64,000 nucleotides of DNA from the human T2T-CHM13v2.0 reference genome, Homo sapiens. The notes below the pieces were generated by a model. It made no database searches. It was not told where the DNA came from and was given only the letters and a program-made list of their open reading frames with translations. The position numbers and the translations under genes are program-made. Positions within the stretch are counted from its first letter, which is position 1. The number at the start of each line of letters is the position of its first letter. This document shows, piece by piece, positions 38,517 to 53,226 of this stretch. The stretch is from NCBI RefSeq assembly GCF_009914755.1, contig NC_060947.1. One strand, given 5' to 3'.

Positions 38517-40027
38517 AGTAATGTGGACTTATACTTGTCAGGAGCCCCCCTGAGAAACAATTGGGTGGATTCAAGATTCAATTCAGCCTCCTCCAGACTT
38601 GCCAAGTCACTATGCTGCATGCCTTCTGTTGCCTGATAAGCCCATTTCAACATCCCCAGCTAATAGGAGGTGAATGTTTTCCATTGACAGTCTGCCCAGG
38701 GCTGTTAGGAGGCCTAATGTAGGGTGGGAATCCTCTCGAGCCATAAAGGTCCACATCAACAAGGTATATGTAGACTTGAGTCCAATGCCTCCTCTGGGAT
38801 TATTCCTACCTTCCCCACTAATTGTGTAGGATCTTTTAGTAGAGACATCATTTTCCGTACCATATGATGGTAATCAGTTGTTTAATTTCAGCTCCCATGA
38901 GGTGGAGTTCGCTCCCAGCATATATGTTCTATATAGCCATGCAACCCTTTTTTTCATTTGGTTCTTGGGCTAGGTCCTTAAGGAGAGACTGGATCTCAGG
39001 ACAAGAGAGAGGATGTGTTTCCTCCTCTAACCAAAAAACGGCCTCACTTCCTTGACCCTCCCTTTTTGTCTTCTCCAACTTTACCACTCTGTGAGTGCTT
39101 ACCTAGAAAGCAGAAGGCAAATTGTCCTTATCAGTATCATCGTGGTACTGTGCTGCTTTTTCTTCTAGAGGACATAAATCGTCTTCTCCAGGATCCTCCC
39201 GTCTGTCTTGTCTCCCTCAGGAGTTTGGGCACCTACCTCCTTTCCAGCAGTGTCCTAGTCAGAAGCTGCCATGAGTAAGGCCTAGCATTCTTCCTGTTCA
39301 GTAGGATAGCCACTTCCCTCAGAGTTCTGGGAGGGGCAGGCATATAAACATCCTTGTATTTAGTCACTACAAGTAATGCTTTAGCCAGCTCAGTCCAAGG
39401 ATTTAGGTCTCGATTTCCTGCGGAAGAGGAACTAGAATAAAGCCTTCTGCAATAACAGGTACAAATCAAACAGCAGTAGAGTCATGCTTGCTGTTTATGA
39501 AGGTGTCTCCCCCAGTTGTGCTTAAGAGAGCAGCCTAGGCCTGACATCTCTGTCATAACAGTCCCCAGGGACAAAGATGTCCTCTCGTCTCAGAGTACCC
39601 CAAATCAAGGGTAACCTACCTTTGGTCTACAGGTATGCACTCCTCCCCTTTTTCTATTCAGGCCCACAGGTCTTAAAATCTCCAGCACCTGCCCAGTGAG
39701 GGACCCAAGTGGGCAGGCAGACCTCCTTCCTCAGGGAGCTCAGTGCCTTTGACCCCCAACCTCCATTGCAATGTCATGGGTTTGCTCAAATGCGGGTGCT
39801 GGTGCTTGGTTAGGCTAATAAGTCCTGAGGGAGGGGGCACAACAAATATAGAGTATAATATAGCACAGAGTAAAGCCATGCCAAACTGGAGGCCTTCCAA
39901 ATTTTGAGTCTGAACTACTTAAAGACTGTCTGAAATAATTTTGTCAATTGATTTTACTACTAACTAGGTGGACCCTGTATTGATTTCCTGATCATCACCA
40001 AAATTCTTCCTTTCCCTCATAACCACT

Positions 40028-40583
40028 TGTAGTGAGTTCGAGCAATTTAGGGGCTGATCAGGGAAAAAGATATGACCCAAATGTGGCATTAGCACACAGC
40101 GAGCTTTATTTGGATGACACTTTCACAGGTTTGCGTGAGAGAGACAACCCTCACAACAGGAGACCTTCCAGAGGCACCACCCAGAAAAGGGTATGGAAGA
40201 GGGCAAGATAATTTCCAGGAAAGAGTGGAATCAGAGAGGGGACCTGTGTGTCTAGGTGATGTCACTCAGCAGCATGATGACAGAGTCTCTGGGTCAGAGA
40301 GTGCCAAAGAACAGCGGTGACTTGGGGGGTCTCTTATAGCTATAGGCTTTATCTTAGCTATGGATAGCAGATGCTGGGTGCTGTTTTGTGGAGTATGCAA
40401 AACAGGCAGGATCTCCAATGGCTACAATTCTGCTTATTTGGGCTATTTTTAAAATAACAGAATGTGTAAAATTTGAGTTTTGTGCCAGCCGGCTTTCAAG
40501 CTAATGGATCCTAGCCTGCTTTGAAGAGGTAAACAACAAAGGGCCAGTAATATAGAGGCCTTCTTTGGCTAATTTATGTAACA
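40028..40583 (-). mobile_element. 5' LTR of the ERVL-class provirus (MER76-like)
   Basis: Minus strand starts TGTTACATAAATTAGCCAAAG, contains AATAAA, ends ...CTACA, then AGTGG leader into the internal region. Confidence 0.65.
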
Positions 40584-41786
40584 GTGCCCATGTTGGAGAG
40601 TGAACATATGAGTTTGTTCAAGTATGAGTGTGTTAATTTGAGTACAGTTGTGCAATTAAGTGTTTGTGCATGTTCCCATGTATGAGTGAATGTGTGACCA
40701 AATGTGGATATTAGCATGTACGTGTCAGTGAATTTGTAAATGTTTTATTTGTGTGATATTTTTAATGTATGAGTACATTTGAGAGAATGTGTAGCATATG
40801 TGCAAGAGTGTGAGTGTGTGTGTTGTGAGTCAATTCATAATCATGGACATGGATTTTAGCATATTCATCTGTGTGAATGAATGTGTAAATATGCTTGTGT
40901 GAGCTTGCTGAATATGAATATATCAGTGTAAGTGAATGTGTAAGCATGGGCATGTAAGTACATGTGAATGAATGAATGTGTGTGTGAGTGAATGTGTGAG
41001 TTTCATGGTAAGAACATATTCATTTGTGAGAATATGTGAGTATGCTGAGAATAGGTAATATATGTTGTTTGTGAGTGTGTTAATGTGTATGGATAAGTAA
41101 ATATGTGAGTATTTGCATGTAAGCACATATGAGTATGTGTGAGTTTATGAGCAGGTTAATGTGAGTGAATAAGTGAGCAAATTTTAGTGAACGCATACGT
41201 AAGTGTGTTTGCATGGGTGAGTGAATGTGTAAGTGTATGGCTGCAAGTGAATGTCAATATGTCTATGCGTGTGAGTAAATCTGTGAATATGTTTGTGTGA
41301 GTATATGAACATGTGTGTTGTGTGATTCAGTGAATGTGTGAGCATGTGCATGTATGTGAGCATATTTTATGTTTGAGGGAATCTGAACATCTTCATGTGA
41401 GTAAGCAAGTATTTATCAGTGAATTTTGAGTACATGTGTAATATATGAGCATGTTAATGTATGAGTGTTACTGGATTGTGAGTTATGCAAATGATTTATG
41501 TAAGGAGGTTGATGTATGTAAGTATACTTGTAAGCATGTTTATGTATGTGTGTGAATGTGTGAGCACGATAAAGTCAAGTATACTAACATGTTTGAGTGA
41601 TCATGTGAGTGTGCTGATGTGTGTGAGTAAATGTGTAAATGATTTTATGTATGTGAAAATATTTGGGTATGTGAGTGAATTAATATTGTTATATATATGA
41701 GTATGTAAATATGAGTATACCTGTGTTTTGGTGAATGTCACTGTGTACGTGAGTATATGTGAGTGTGTCTATAAGTATGAGTAAAT

Positions 41787-42301
<515 letters not shown>

Positions 42302-43006
42302 ATATTTGTGGATAAATTTATAATCGTGTGAATGGATGTCAGCATGTTTGTGTGTAAGTGAATGTGTAAGCATGTTCATTTGTGTGAGCTTGTTAGTGTA
42401 TGACTGCATTTTTGTATTTGAGAAAGTATGTGTGAATTTATGTGAGTGTGTGTGTGACTGTATATGTGAACTTTGTGATGAGTGTGAGCAAATCTGTGTT
42501 CAAGTGAATGTGTGAGCATGTTACCATTTGGGTACATGTTAATGTGCATACATAAGTGAATTGTGAGTGTGTACTTATGATCATACATGAGTGTAAGTGA
42601 ATTTGTAAGCGTATGCATGTGAGTGAATATGTGAGCATTTTTGTGCGAGTGGATGTATGAGCATGAATGTAATCATATGAATGTGCCTCTGTGTGAGTCA
42701 GTTTATGATCATACTCATATATGTGAGTAAATGTGTAAGCATGTTTCATGAGTAAATGTGAAAGCATGTGGGTGTGGGTCTGTGTGTTGTGTTTGAATAA
42801 ATTTTTGAGCATATTCATTTGTGTCAGTGAATTTTTTGATGTCAATGAATTTTTGAGTGTGCATATATTTAACCATTTTTTGTGTGTCAGTAAATTTTTG
42901 AGTATGTTGATGTTAGTGAATATGCATGTGAGTGAGTAGTTACCATGTTTGTGTATGTAAGCATGTAGGTGAATTTGTCTATATGTGTGTGTATGTAAGC
43001 ATTTAG

Positions 43007-43080
43007 GCAAATGACTATATGTGTGAATATATATAATCACATATAGTCATTTGCACACACTTACAAATTCACTCACATTC
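43007..43080. repeat. Perfect 17-bp inverted repeat plus strand-flipped patch
   Basis: GCAAATGACTATATGTG (43007-43023) / CACATATAGTCATTTGC (43038-43054), then CA-rich sequence to 43080. Confidence 0.9.
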
Positions 43081-46000
43081 TACGTGTGAATGTGTGGCCA
43101 TGTTTTTTGTGTGTGATGGATTGCATAAGTGTATGAGCATCTTCAGGTTGAGTGTGTACATGCAAATGAGTTAAAGTGTGAGTAACATTGTGTATATGAG
43201 GCATATTTGAGTGCATGAGTGAATACATAGTATGTTGAGTATATTTGTGTGTTTGTGCAAGTATATGTGAGTGTGTCTATGAGTAAGAATAAATCTGTGA
43301 GCATGTTTATATGAGTGAATTGTAACTATGTGCATGTATGTGAATATGTCTGTGTGAGAATGAATTGAACCTGTACATGTGTGAAAGTGTTAGAGTTTAC
43401 TTGTGTGCTTAAGTGAATGTGTGCGTTCATGTGTGTCAATTTGTGAGCATGTGCATACATGTTAGCATCTTCATTTGTGAGTGAATGTATAAGCATGTTC
43501 ATTCGCATAAGTGTCAAAATGATTGTGTGCATGTGTCTGTGTGTGAATGTTGATTGTGAGTGTGTGAGTGTGTTAATGGTTATATGTGTAAGTTTGTGAG
43601 CAGGTTCATTGTGTGAATATGTGAATGTTTTCATGTCTGTGTGCAAGTGATTGTGTGAGTACATACATTTGTGTGTGAACATGTTTATGTGTCTGAATGA
43701 ATGTGTAACCATATTTGTGTGTGTTCATATGTGAGTGTGAGTATTACATGTGTGCATGTAAATGAGTATATTCGTGTATGAGTGAATGTGCAAAGATGTT
43801 TATGTCTGGATAAATGCATGAGCATGTCTATGCATGTGCATGTTAAAATATAAGTGTGAGTGGATGTGGGAGCATGTGTGTGTGAGGGTGTTAATAACTG
43901 TATGAACATGTTTGTGTAAGAGTGATGATGTATGTCTGTGTTCATGTGCAAGTATGAGTGAATGTGTGAGGACATAAGTAGACGTGAGTTTGTCCATGTG
44001 TGTGACTGTATGAATGAATATGATCCTATCTGTGTGTGAATATGTGATCATATTCATGTTTCTAAGCTATTGTGCACTGGTGTGTGTGAAACTTTTAATG
44101 TGTGTACACGTCTATGAGCATGTAGTCTTGTGAATATGTGAAATTTTTTCCAAGTGTAAACTTGTTCATGCATGAGTGATTGTGTAAGTGTACATTCTTG
44201 TTTTTGAGTGAACGTGGCAGCATGTCCATATCTAAGTGTTTTCATATCTGAGTGTGAGTGAATGATGCATGTAAGAGTGTGTATGTGAGCATGCAAGCAT
44301 GTACATGAGTGAGTAAACACGAGTATGTCTTTGTGTAAGTGTGTTTATGCATGAATATTAGTCAAAGTAGGAATGTGTGCTTGAGTGAGAGAATGCATAA
44401 GCATGTTCATGTGTCTTGTTATATTAATGCTTGAGTAAGTTCATGTGTGAGTCAATGTATAAGTATGTTCATTTGTGTGAGCATAAGCATGTGCAGATAA
44501 AAGTGTTTGCAGTTGATGTTTTGAGCATGTAATGTGTGTGAGTGAATGTGTCTGTGTGAATACATTTGTAAGCTCATTTGTGTGAGTGAATATGTGAAAT
44601 TCATTCATGTCTGAGTAAATGATGTGTGTGTGAGCATGTTCATGGGTATGTAAAGGCATAAGGAAGTTCATGTGTGGGAGTGTGATCATGTACAGCTTGA
44701 GGTGATGTAAGTATGTGTACGTCTGTGAGTGTGTATAGGGTGTGTGTATAGGTTTGTCAGTTAATTTGTGAGCACATTATATCTTATTGTGGTCATGAGT
44801 GCCTGAGAACGTCTGTGTGTGTGAATGAATGTCAGTTGTGCAATTATGGGAATATTTTCCTTTTTGTGAGTTGATTCATGATAATTTTTTGTGTGAGCAT
44901 GTTAAAATATTAATAAGTTAATTAAGTGAATATGTGAGTATATACATGTGTGAGCGAAGATGTGAGCACGTAAGCATATGTGAGTGTCTCAATATGTGTG
45001 TAAGTTCATATGTTTGAATGTGTTCACTTGCAAGTGAAAATGTGTGTGTGAGCATGTTATTGTGTGTATGTTCAGGCATATATGTGAATCTAAGACTGTA
45101 TTCATGTATGAGTTATGTGAACACACATGGGAGTGTAATTGTTTTAGTGTGCAAATGTGACTGAATGTGTGAGCATGTATCTGAGTATGTTTCTTCATCT
45201 TGAGGTTTTTCTTTGGGCCTCTGTGCTATCACTGTCCACTGGCAAAATGTACATATGACCATGGATTTTAAAGTGTATCGTAAACTGTTAAGGTGGTGTG
45301 CACAAATAAATTTTTATTATTCCCTATGGGTTCAAAGCTGCCTATAACCAGCTCTACAGCAAGGCCATTGTTCTCTGTGTATTACATCACACTCCTGCTA
45401 TGAAAATATGTGTGACCCTCATCATTCAGCCTGCTGGCTTCTTTGCAGGCTTACTGCCCAGAAGCTGAGCTGCAAAGAGAGAAATGTGTACTCCAACCCC
45501 AATGCTTCAAAAAGCTAAGTGCTATTGGGAATAAGTGTCTGAATGACAACTGACAAGTAAATGGGTGCCTGTGTTAGGGCGCAGCCCAGACTCCAGCATT
45601 CAGGGCTATTGTGAACAACCCCTAGCAAAGCGCTATGCAGTGACAGGTTTCTAGAAACACAGTTCTTGATTATAGCCTTTCAGGCTCCCCACATGCCTTT
45701 AGAGGATAGAGGCTGTGTTATACAGTTAATAAATCCCAGCGAGGCCAGGCAGCCCCCTCCCCTCCTCCAATCCCAGGATCAGACTTCTTATCCTAGACCA
45801 TTCAGTGCCACTCAAGCAACTCCTCCCTTTCAGTGGAATCCTGGTACCCTAAAGGGCCAGCACAGAGCCCTATCTGAAGGTTCCCAGCAGAAAGAGCAAG
45901 TGGGAGCAGAAACACAGGCCACATTACCTTCACTAAGCCCTGTGCTCTGGCACAGAGATGCAGACCAGAGGAAAGAATACTTCTACTTTATCTGCCCAGA

Positions 46001-47293
46001 TGAGCCACTTTACATGCTAGCTGTGATCAGGATGAGAACTTAGCTAAGGTATACCTATATCTCTAAAAGCATAATCAAAAAAGAAGCCTCCAGATAAGAT
46101 GCCTAAATGCCATCTTTGGAGTGATGGCCTTAGCCCTGTATCACTGTGCTTCCTGATGAGTTCAGAAAGGCAAGAAAAGTGGTGGGGTTAACTACTTCCC
46201 TCCCCAGCATCCATCACAGTGTCAGTGATCAAAAAACAGGTGAATGAAGGAATGGAGGAAAATGTTTCATTCTTTCCTTCACCCTACAATATTGGGATGC
46301 TTATGTCATGCCAGGTACTGTGCTAAGTGAAGCCCCCAGGGAACTGTTTTTCACAGCACTGTGGCAACCCAGTTCTCTTGCCCACAGAGAAGAAGCTTTG
46401 CTAGCTTTCCCTCCCTCTTCCTCCTCCTCCTCACCTCACCACCCTACCCTACTTCTCAAGGAAGTAATAAAGCTCCTGTATGAACCTGACCAGGGTACAG
46501 TCACTAAGGCCTCTGTTTGTGAATTTGAAAAGGAGTGGAAGGAACAGGTTAAGCCTTGAAACTCTATTTCACCTCAGAAACAGAGAGAAATCTGACTCTT
46601 ATTCTTGTGGGAGGCCTCACAGGTAATTCCGGGGGTCCCTAAACCCTGAAGTCCTTGGCTTGGTTTCCCTGAAGCCCTGCATGAAAAAAGGGATTGGGAT
46701 GGGGGCTTTTGACTCTTTAATGGAATAGGTGTCACTGCCTGGATCCTGATTGTCACTGCTGACCTGACAGACCTGGAGATGGGCTGACTCAACCTGCCTG
46801 GGAAGCAGGCAATGGTTCAAATGAATTTTAAGTATTGTTGATGTACCAAGTACTACCTATCTAAGCAGTATTTTCCTTCCTATCTTCCTTATTCTTTACT
46901 CTCATCCCTTTTCTTTTCCGTCATGGCTTCTCTGTGTATTTCTGTCCAGTGTCAGCTCTCATTCTCCCGCTGGCATCTTGCCTCCATCAATTAAATGCAA
47001 TCCAATATGTAATTTAGCCTATTAATTTCTTGATTCCTAGAGTCTTGCTCTCTTCCAGAATCAAGTTGTAAATCTCTACCCAGGCCCCCTTTCCTGCCAG
47101 CTAAACACCCCCAGCCTTTTCTCCTGCTCCCCTGGCTGGGCTTCCCCTCTGGAGCATGCTGCAATTGCTGACCAGGTGGCGAGGCTATCTCCAAGGACAA
47201 ACACAGTGTTCTGGGTGTTTTGCTTTGTTCTCTACTCCCTCCACCCCTTCCACCCACCCATTCAGAGTGCAGCTGTTTCATCTATTGGCCTCC

Positions 47294-47295
<2 letters not shown>

Positions 47296-47339
<44 letters not shown>
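47296..47339. repeat. (AC)n microsatellite, ~22 units
   Basis: Pure run. Confidence 0.97.
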
Positions 47340-47341
<2 letters not shown>

Positions 47342-48049
47342 CAAACATAGAGCCTGTAGTGCCCCCTTATGTCTAAAAAAGGTCCTCAGTTGTCTTGCCC
47401 TCCTACCTTTATCTACTGCTAGGCCAGATCAATGCAGGAACTCACCTTTTCTCATTTGCCCCAAGTCTGCATGCTAAGAAAGCTTAATGCAACCCCTTCC
47501 TCTTCCACCTGAGACAACAAGCATAAACAAATCAGAGTCTGTGTGAAAAATGGTGGTGAGGAACCTTGGGACTATCCACACCTGACCATCTCCAGAGGTT
47601 GGTCCTTGCCCCTCCTCCCTTTCCCTGGTCTTGGATGCATGCTGAGATGACAACCTGACCATAAAAGAGTAGGGAGAATGTGCTTGGTGTACTTAATTGG
47701 TTGTTGGTTAGCCTTTGCTGAAAAACATGGGAACAAAGAAAGGAGTACATGAAGTAGCTACTTCTTTGACACCCACCAGTATTTGGCTCAATTGACACAA
47801 GCCCTGGTGTAATGCAGCGGGGATCTGGCTGTGACCTAACACCTGAATTCCAATATACCTAGACTTCTCTCCCCTTAAAAGTCTTGGCCTCTCCCTTAGG
47901 GGGCCCACCAAGAAGAGGCTTTGCTATCCTTATAGGGTAAGGTTATTGAAAGAGCCTGCCTTATGCCCTCTACACCCTAGCATCCCAGTCCCTAGGTGCA
48001 CAATCATCTCATACACTGTGGGCTGCATCTTATGCCCTCACACTCTGGG

Positions 48050-48200
48050 AAGAGCAATGAAGCAAAGGGAAAGCAACTTGCAAGGTGCAGTAATTCAGGA
48101 GCAAGATGACCGAGGCCTAAGCTAGGGGCCTTATGATCAATGGAGGGATAAGAACAGAGTTAGGATGTTTTCCAGAGGTAGAGCCAATAAAAATCAGTGG
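48050..48200 (-). mobile_element. Possible L2 fragment
   Basis: GCAGTAATTCAGGAGCAAGATGACCGAGGCCTAAGCTAGGG resembles antisense L2. Confidence 0.35.
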
Positions 48201-49840
48201 GAACTGAAGGCTTGGGGACAATGGGGGAAGACCCTGAGGCCTGGTTAGTCAAAGTAGACTGAACAGAGATTTGTGAAGTAGACTGCATGGTGAAGAATAT
48301 GCACACAGTTTTGAATAAAATGAACAGGGAGAGTGCCCAGGGTGCAAAGAATGTGTGCTCAAGTGCCTTACCCATAGAGTGTAATAGATGGAGCAGAAAG
48401 CTCCAGCTTGAGAAGCACAGCACCCTGAAGCCTGCATACCCATTGCCTCTTCAGCCACAACAGGGGGTGCATATTTAGGCTTGGTGCCCTCACAAGGGAC
48501 TGTGGAAAGAGCAGAAGATCTCTTGTATATACAAGCAAAGAAGTGGCAGAAATTGCAGGGATAGAGCTAAAGGCCTGGAGATTGGAGGCCCGGGAGTGTT
48601 CAGCTGCATGTCTCTTCAGGGTCAGGAAGGTGGGATCTAGAGAGGCAGAGGTGTAGAGCCTGCGGAGGGCCACTGGTAGGCTTACCAGTTGGGTTGGTTT
48701 GCTGTGTCTCAGCTCTATTTGACCTAACACAAAGGTCTCAAGTGTCTGGAAGTGGCCTACTTCCAAAATTTGGTCTCAGATGGGCATTGTGTCCCATCAG
48801 CATCCTGTCCAAAACCTGTTGAACCACAGCCTTATTTGCACACTTTTTCCTGAAACAGAGAAGTAACTGGTTATCAGTAAATGCCACATTGCTTCTCAGA
48901 GAACAAACAGCAGAGAACACCCCAGCCCCTAACTTTCCTAGGAATTCCTTTCTCCTGCACACATACAGTCATGTCCAGTCATAAGTATATGCACTCTTCA
49001 TACCCCTCTTCTCTTCCCATAGCGAGTCAGCCAGAAACATAGCAGCGAGGAAGACTCATCCTTCCCGCCCCAGCTTTTTTTCAGAGAGTGAGGCACAAAG
49101 ACTGTCCATGTTACCAGGCAGGATATCAGGGTATGGGGAAGGCTTTCTGAGAAGTGGAGAGGGGAGGAAGCAGGCAAGTGGGAGCCTTCAAAAAATGCAT
49201 TACTTCAACCTCTGAAAGAGCCCCACCTTGCAATCAGCATGGACATGGCTCTTGCGATTACAGGGAATCCTCCTTCCAGGGGCATCTGATTGACTAAAGA
49301 AAAGTAATCTTCCACCCTCAGTGCCCTCCTGAGCTGAGCCAACCAGTATACATTCTCCAGCTCAAAGTCACATTTCCTCTATGTGGCCTGGGACTGGGCA
49401 TTTTGTTGTCACATCCATGTCAACTTTGCTCTTGTACACCTGTTCTCAGGGCTGGACATATGGCATGTGACACAGACAGACAGCCTTGTTCATGTAGCAG
49501 AGATTTGTGACCCTCACCCAATGAAGCCATTTCAGATTCTTGAGGCTCAGGGCTGGCTTCACAGAGACATCTATTCTGGAAGCTGGCATTACTCTCATTA
49601 ATCATGTGCTTCCAGCCTAGAAGTGTCTTGGGTGAGTACATGTAAGTACCCAGCTGTAGCCCTGCAGAGAGCTGGCTTTTCAGAGGTCTCTGATGTGCTC
49701 ACTCAAGACAACTGAGATCATTAGCAGGGCTGTTTCCCCCACAAGTAGCTTCTGAATGAGAACAGGCCCTGGGCCCTGGGCATTAATGAGACTCTTAGGA
49801 TCTTTCTCAAATTAACAAATGAACTCCCCGCAAATCTCAG

Positions 49841-49842
<2 letters not shown>

Positions 49843-49880
<38 letters not shown>
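49843..49880. repeat. (TG)n microsatellite, ~19 units
   Basis: Pure run. Confidence 0.97.
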
Positions 49881-49881
<1 letters not shown>

Positions 49882-50569
49882 ACTAATAGTCTCATGTGGT
49901 AATGTGGAAACTGCAGTGCTATCTGCTAGAACCTTACCCAACTACCTTTTTATTCCACTGGGTACATGTTCATTTCTGGTTTGCCATGTAAAAACTTATT
50001 CTCAATTATCTTTAATCATGAAATTTCATTTAGCAGCATTCCAATGTGTGCATGAATTATTCCTGAATTAAAGCAATGTACTCCAACCTGTTTCCAACCA
50101 TGCTTTACCCATGTGCCAGCACTCAGGATCTATAGACACTGCAAATACATATTTATGTGTGATCTACATAAATAAGTGGATGACTGGCAAACATCTTCAG
50201 ATATTATGAGACCCAAATAAATTTAAAGTAAACATAGAAAAGAACCCTGTATCTTCAAACATTTCACACAAGTAAGTACAAAATACACCCACTCCAGGCC
50301 ACACAATTATACAACCATAGATTGCACAGTCTTATCTCCCTCCAATAGAGCTGAATCAATAATTTCTCTCTGTTGCATCAAAAAAGATCCCCTAGCCCTT
50401 TAATACACACACACGCAGAAAGCGAGAGAAAGACAAACATATATGCTTTAGATGGGCTAAAATGTGGGCTCAAACAGGTGTCTCTCAGGTCAATGTTGTG
50501 TGTCTTGTCCATCACCCTATAACCATTTTGGTGGCCTCTTCTTCACTCCATTGGTAAGGGAGGGATTCC

Positions 50570-51026
50570 TGTCCTAGGGATATGGGGATGGCCAAACACA
50601 TGACAGTCAACACTGGACAGATGAAATCACTAGCAGTTTTATTAGTCACATACACTTAAAGCCCTGGAGAGTACATAATACACCACACAGGGCCACTTGG
50701 GGTTACATTCAGAAACACAATAAACAACCAGGGTTTGTAGGAGGCAAACTTTGTAGTATCAAAAGAATGGAGTGTCCCTGATTCCTGGGGGAGAATGTGA
50801 CTGGCTTCTTCGAATAATTACACAGACTGGCAAGGAATTGAAACTCTCTAGTTAAAGATAAGCAGGAACTGCACTGGCTCATTTAATAAGGAGACTTGTT
50901 TTGTTAAGGGACCTTACCTGCAGGCACCGAGTGGAGAGGGGAATTTGCAGTTAGGACATTCAAGGTCCTCCTAATTTTACCAGATGTCCAGGAAGCGCAT
51001 AATATTAATTTAGGCCTTGCACCATA
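50570..51026 (-). mobile_element. ERVL LTR, MER74/MER54/MER73-like group
   Basis: CAACACTGGACAGATGAAATCACTAGCAGTTTTATTAGTCACATACAC signature; begins TGT. Confidence 0.55.
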
Positions 51027-51151
51027 ATTGACTCCTTGATGCCTTCACATCAATATAAATTCTGGTGATGACTGAGACTTCTAGAGAATAGAAGTGCCTC
51101 TTTAGGAAGTGAAGTGTCTACACACATACACAAACATACAAACACACATGC

Positions 51152-51574
51152 TGATACAGTTTGGATCTATATCCCCACTCAAATCTTATGTTGAATTGTA
51201 ATCCCCCACGTTGGAGGTGAGACATTGTGGGAGGTGATTGGATCATGCGGCAGTTTCTTGTGAACGGTTTAGTACCATCTTCTTGATACTGTCCTCACAA
51301 TAGTGAGCGAGCTCTCACAAAATCTGACTGTTTAAAAGTGTGTGGCACCCTCCCTCATCTCTCTTTTGCTCCTGCTCCGGCCACGTGAAAGTGCCTGCTC
51401 CACTTTCACCTTCTACCATGATTTCAAGTTTCCTGAGCCCTCCCCAGAAGCCAAGGAGATGTCATCATACTTCCGGTACAGCCTGCAGAACCATGGACCA
51501 ATTAAACCTCTTTTCTTTATAAATTACCCAGACTCAGGTATTTCTTTATAGCAGTGTGAGAACAGACTAATACA
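51152..51574 (+). mobile_element. MSTA-like solo LTR
   Basis: TGATACAGTTTGGATCT...CAGACTAATACA with perfect 5-bp TSD CATGC. Confidence 0.9.
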
Positions 51575-52135
51575 CATGCCCTGGGAATGGGCTAAAATCT
51601 GGACTCAAACGGGTGTCTCTCATGTCTGTTTTGTGTCTTGCCTGTTATCCTGCACCCTGTTTTGATCACCTGTTCAACCCTATTGGTGAGAAGGAAAAGT
51701 GTCTACTTCACTTCCTAGGGAGACAGGCAGGGACAGGGCCACCTGGTGAGGTGGTCATCAAAAGCATGAACTTCAGAGGTGTCCCCCTTTATGGCCAATA
51801 AAGGCAACTGAGGGACCTGAGTGGCACTGGTATAGTGAATCCATGTCCTAGAAGGCATTAATTTAGATTAATCAATGCCTGTGGTAATAGTGACACCTAG
51901 AGGAGTATCACTTTGTAACTTAAATAGGAGTTCTTTGAGGAGCCTATTATGCCTGTCAATTAAACCAGCTGCCTGGGGTCTATAAGGGTAGTGGAAGCTC
52001 CATTTACTGTCTTATTCAAGAGCCTAGATTGTGTATTCTGAGAAGTGAGGTGAGTGCTTTGGTCATAGCAGTAATGTCTGGAACTCCAAAGGGGATAAGG
52101 AGTATCCTGTTGAGGCCTTGTACTGGGCCTTAGCA

Positions 52136-52806
52136 TAGTCCTTCCTCATTGTTTGCAAATTCCATATTTAAGGATTTACCTACTCACTGAAACTTATTTA
52201 TAAACCCCAAATCAATTCTTGCAGTGCTTCTGTGGTCATTCATAAACATGCATAGATCAGCAAAAAAATTGAATTATCTGGTGCATGTGTTCCCAGCTGA
52301 GGTTGGATAAGGTGATGCTCTGCCTTCTTGTCTCAGCTCTCATACCATAAACAAGTATCCTTTTTGCAGTATATTTAATACCACATTGTTCAAACTTTTA
52401 TGCTTTTTATTAATAATTTCACTGTTTAAAATTGCCCCCAAGCATAGTGCTAAAGTGTTGTCTAGTGTTCCTAAGCACAAGAAGGCTGTGATGTGCCTTA
52501 TGGAGAAAATACATGTGCTAAGCATGAGCATAGTGCTGTTGTCCATAAGTTCAATGCAAATGAATAAACAATATATATTAAATAGCAATGTAAACAAATC
52601 AATAATATACATGAAATAAAGTGTCTTTAAACAAAAACACATATAAAACAAGGTTATATACTGACTGGCTAATGAAAATGTTGTAACCAGAGGCTCACAG
52701 AAAGTGAGCCTGGATTTACTCTAGGAACCATGGTTTAATATTCACTAATTCAGTGCTCACAGTGACTTTATAGAACATAACTACCAGAAATAATGAGAAT
52801 CAACTG
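52136..52806 (+). mobile_element. MER82-like TcMar-Tigger DNA transposon
   Basis: CTCATT...TTTACCTACTCACTGAAACTTATTTATAAACCCCAAATCAAT start; ATAATGAGAATCAACTG|TA terminal inverted end. Confidence 0.75.
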
Positions 52807-52830
52807 TACATGTAGGAACATCTGTTATCT

Positions 52831-53226
52831 TGTGTGTCAGACTGCTAGGGCTGCCATAACAAAATACTACAGACCGAGTAACTTAGACAATTAAAATTTA
52901 TTTTCCCACAGTTCTGGAGATTTGAAGTCCCAGATCAAGGTGCCAGCAGTATTGATTAATGGTGAGGCCTCTCTCCTTGACTTACTGATGGCCGTCTTCT
53001 CACTGTGTCCTCACACAGCCTTTCCTTTGTGCAAGTGCAGAGAGAAAGAGCTCTCTGGTCTCTTTCTCTCCTTATAAGGACACAGGTTCTATCTGATAAG
53101 GGCCCTACCCTTACGACCTCATTTAACCATAATTACCGCCTCAAGGGTCCTATCTCCAAATTCAGTCACATTGGGAGTTGGGGCTTCAATATAGGGATTT
53201 GGGAAGACACAATTCAGTCTGTAACA
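52831..53226 (-). mobile_element. MLT1A-like LTR
   Basis: GCTAGGGCTGCCATAACAAAATAC...CACAGTTCTGGAG...GACACAATTCAGTCTGTAACA. Confidence 0.8.
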
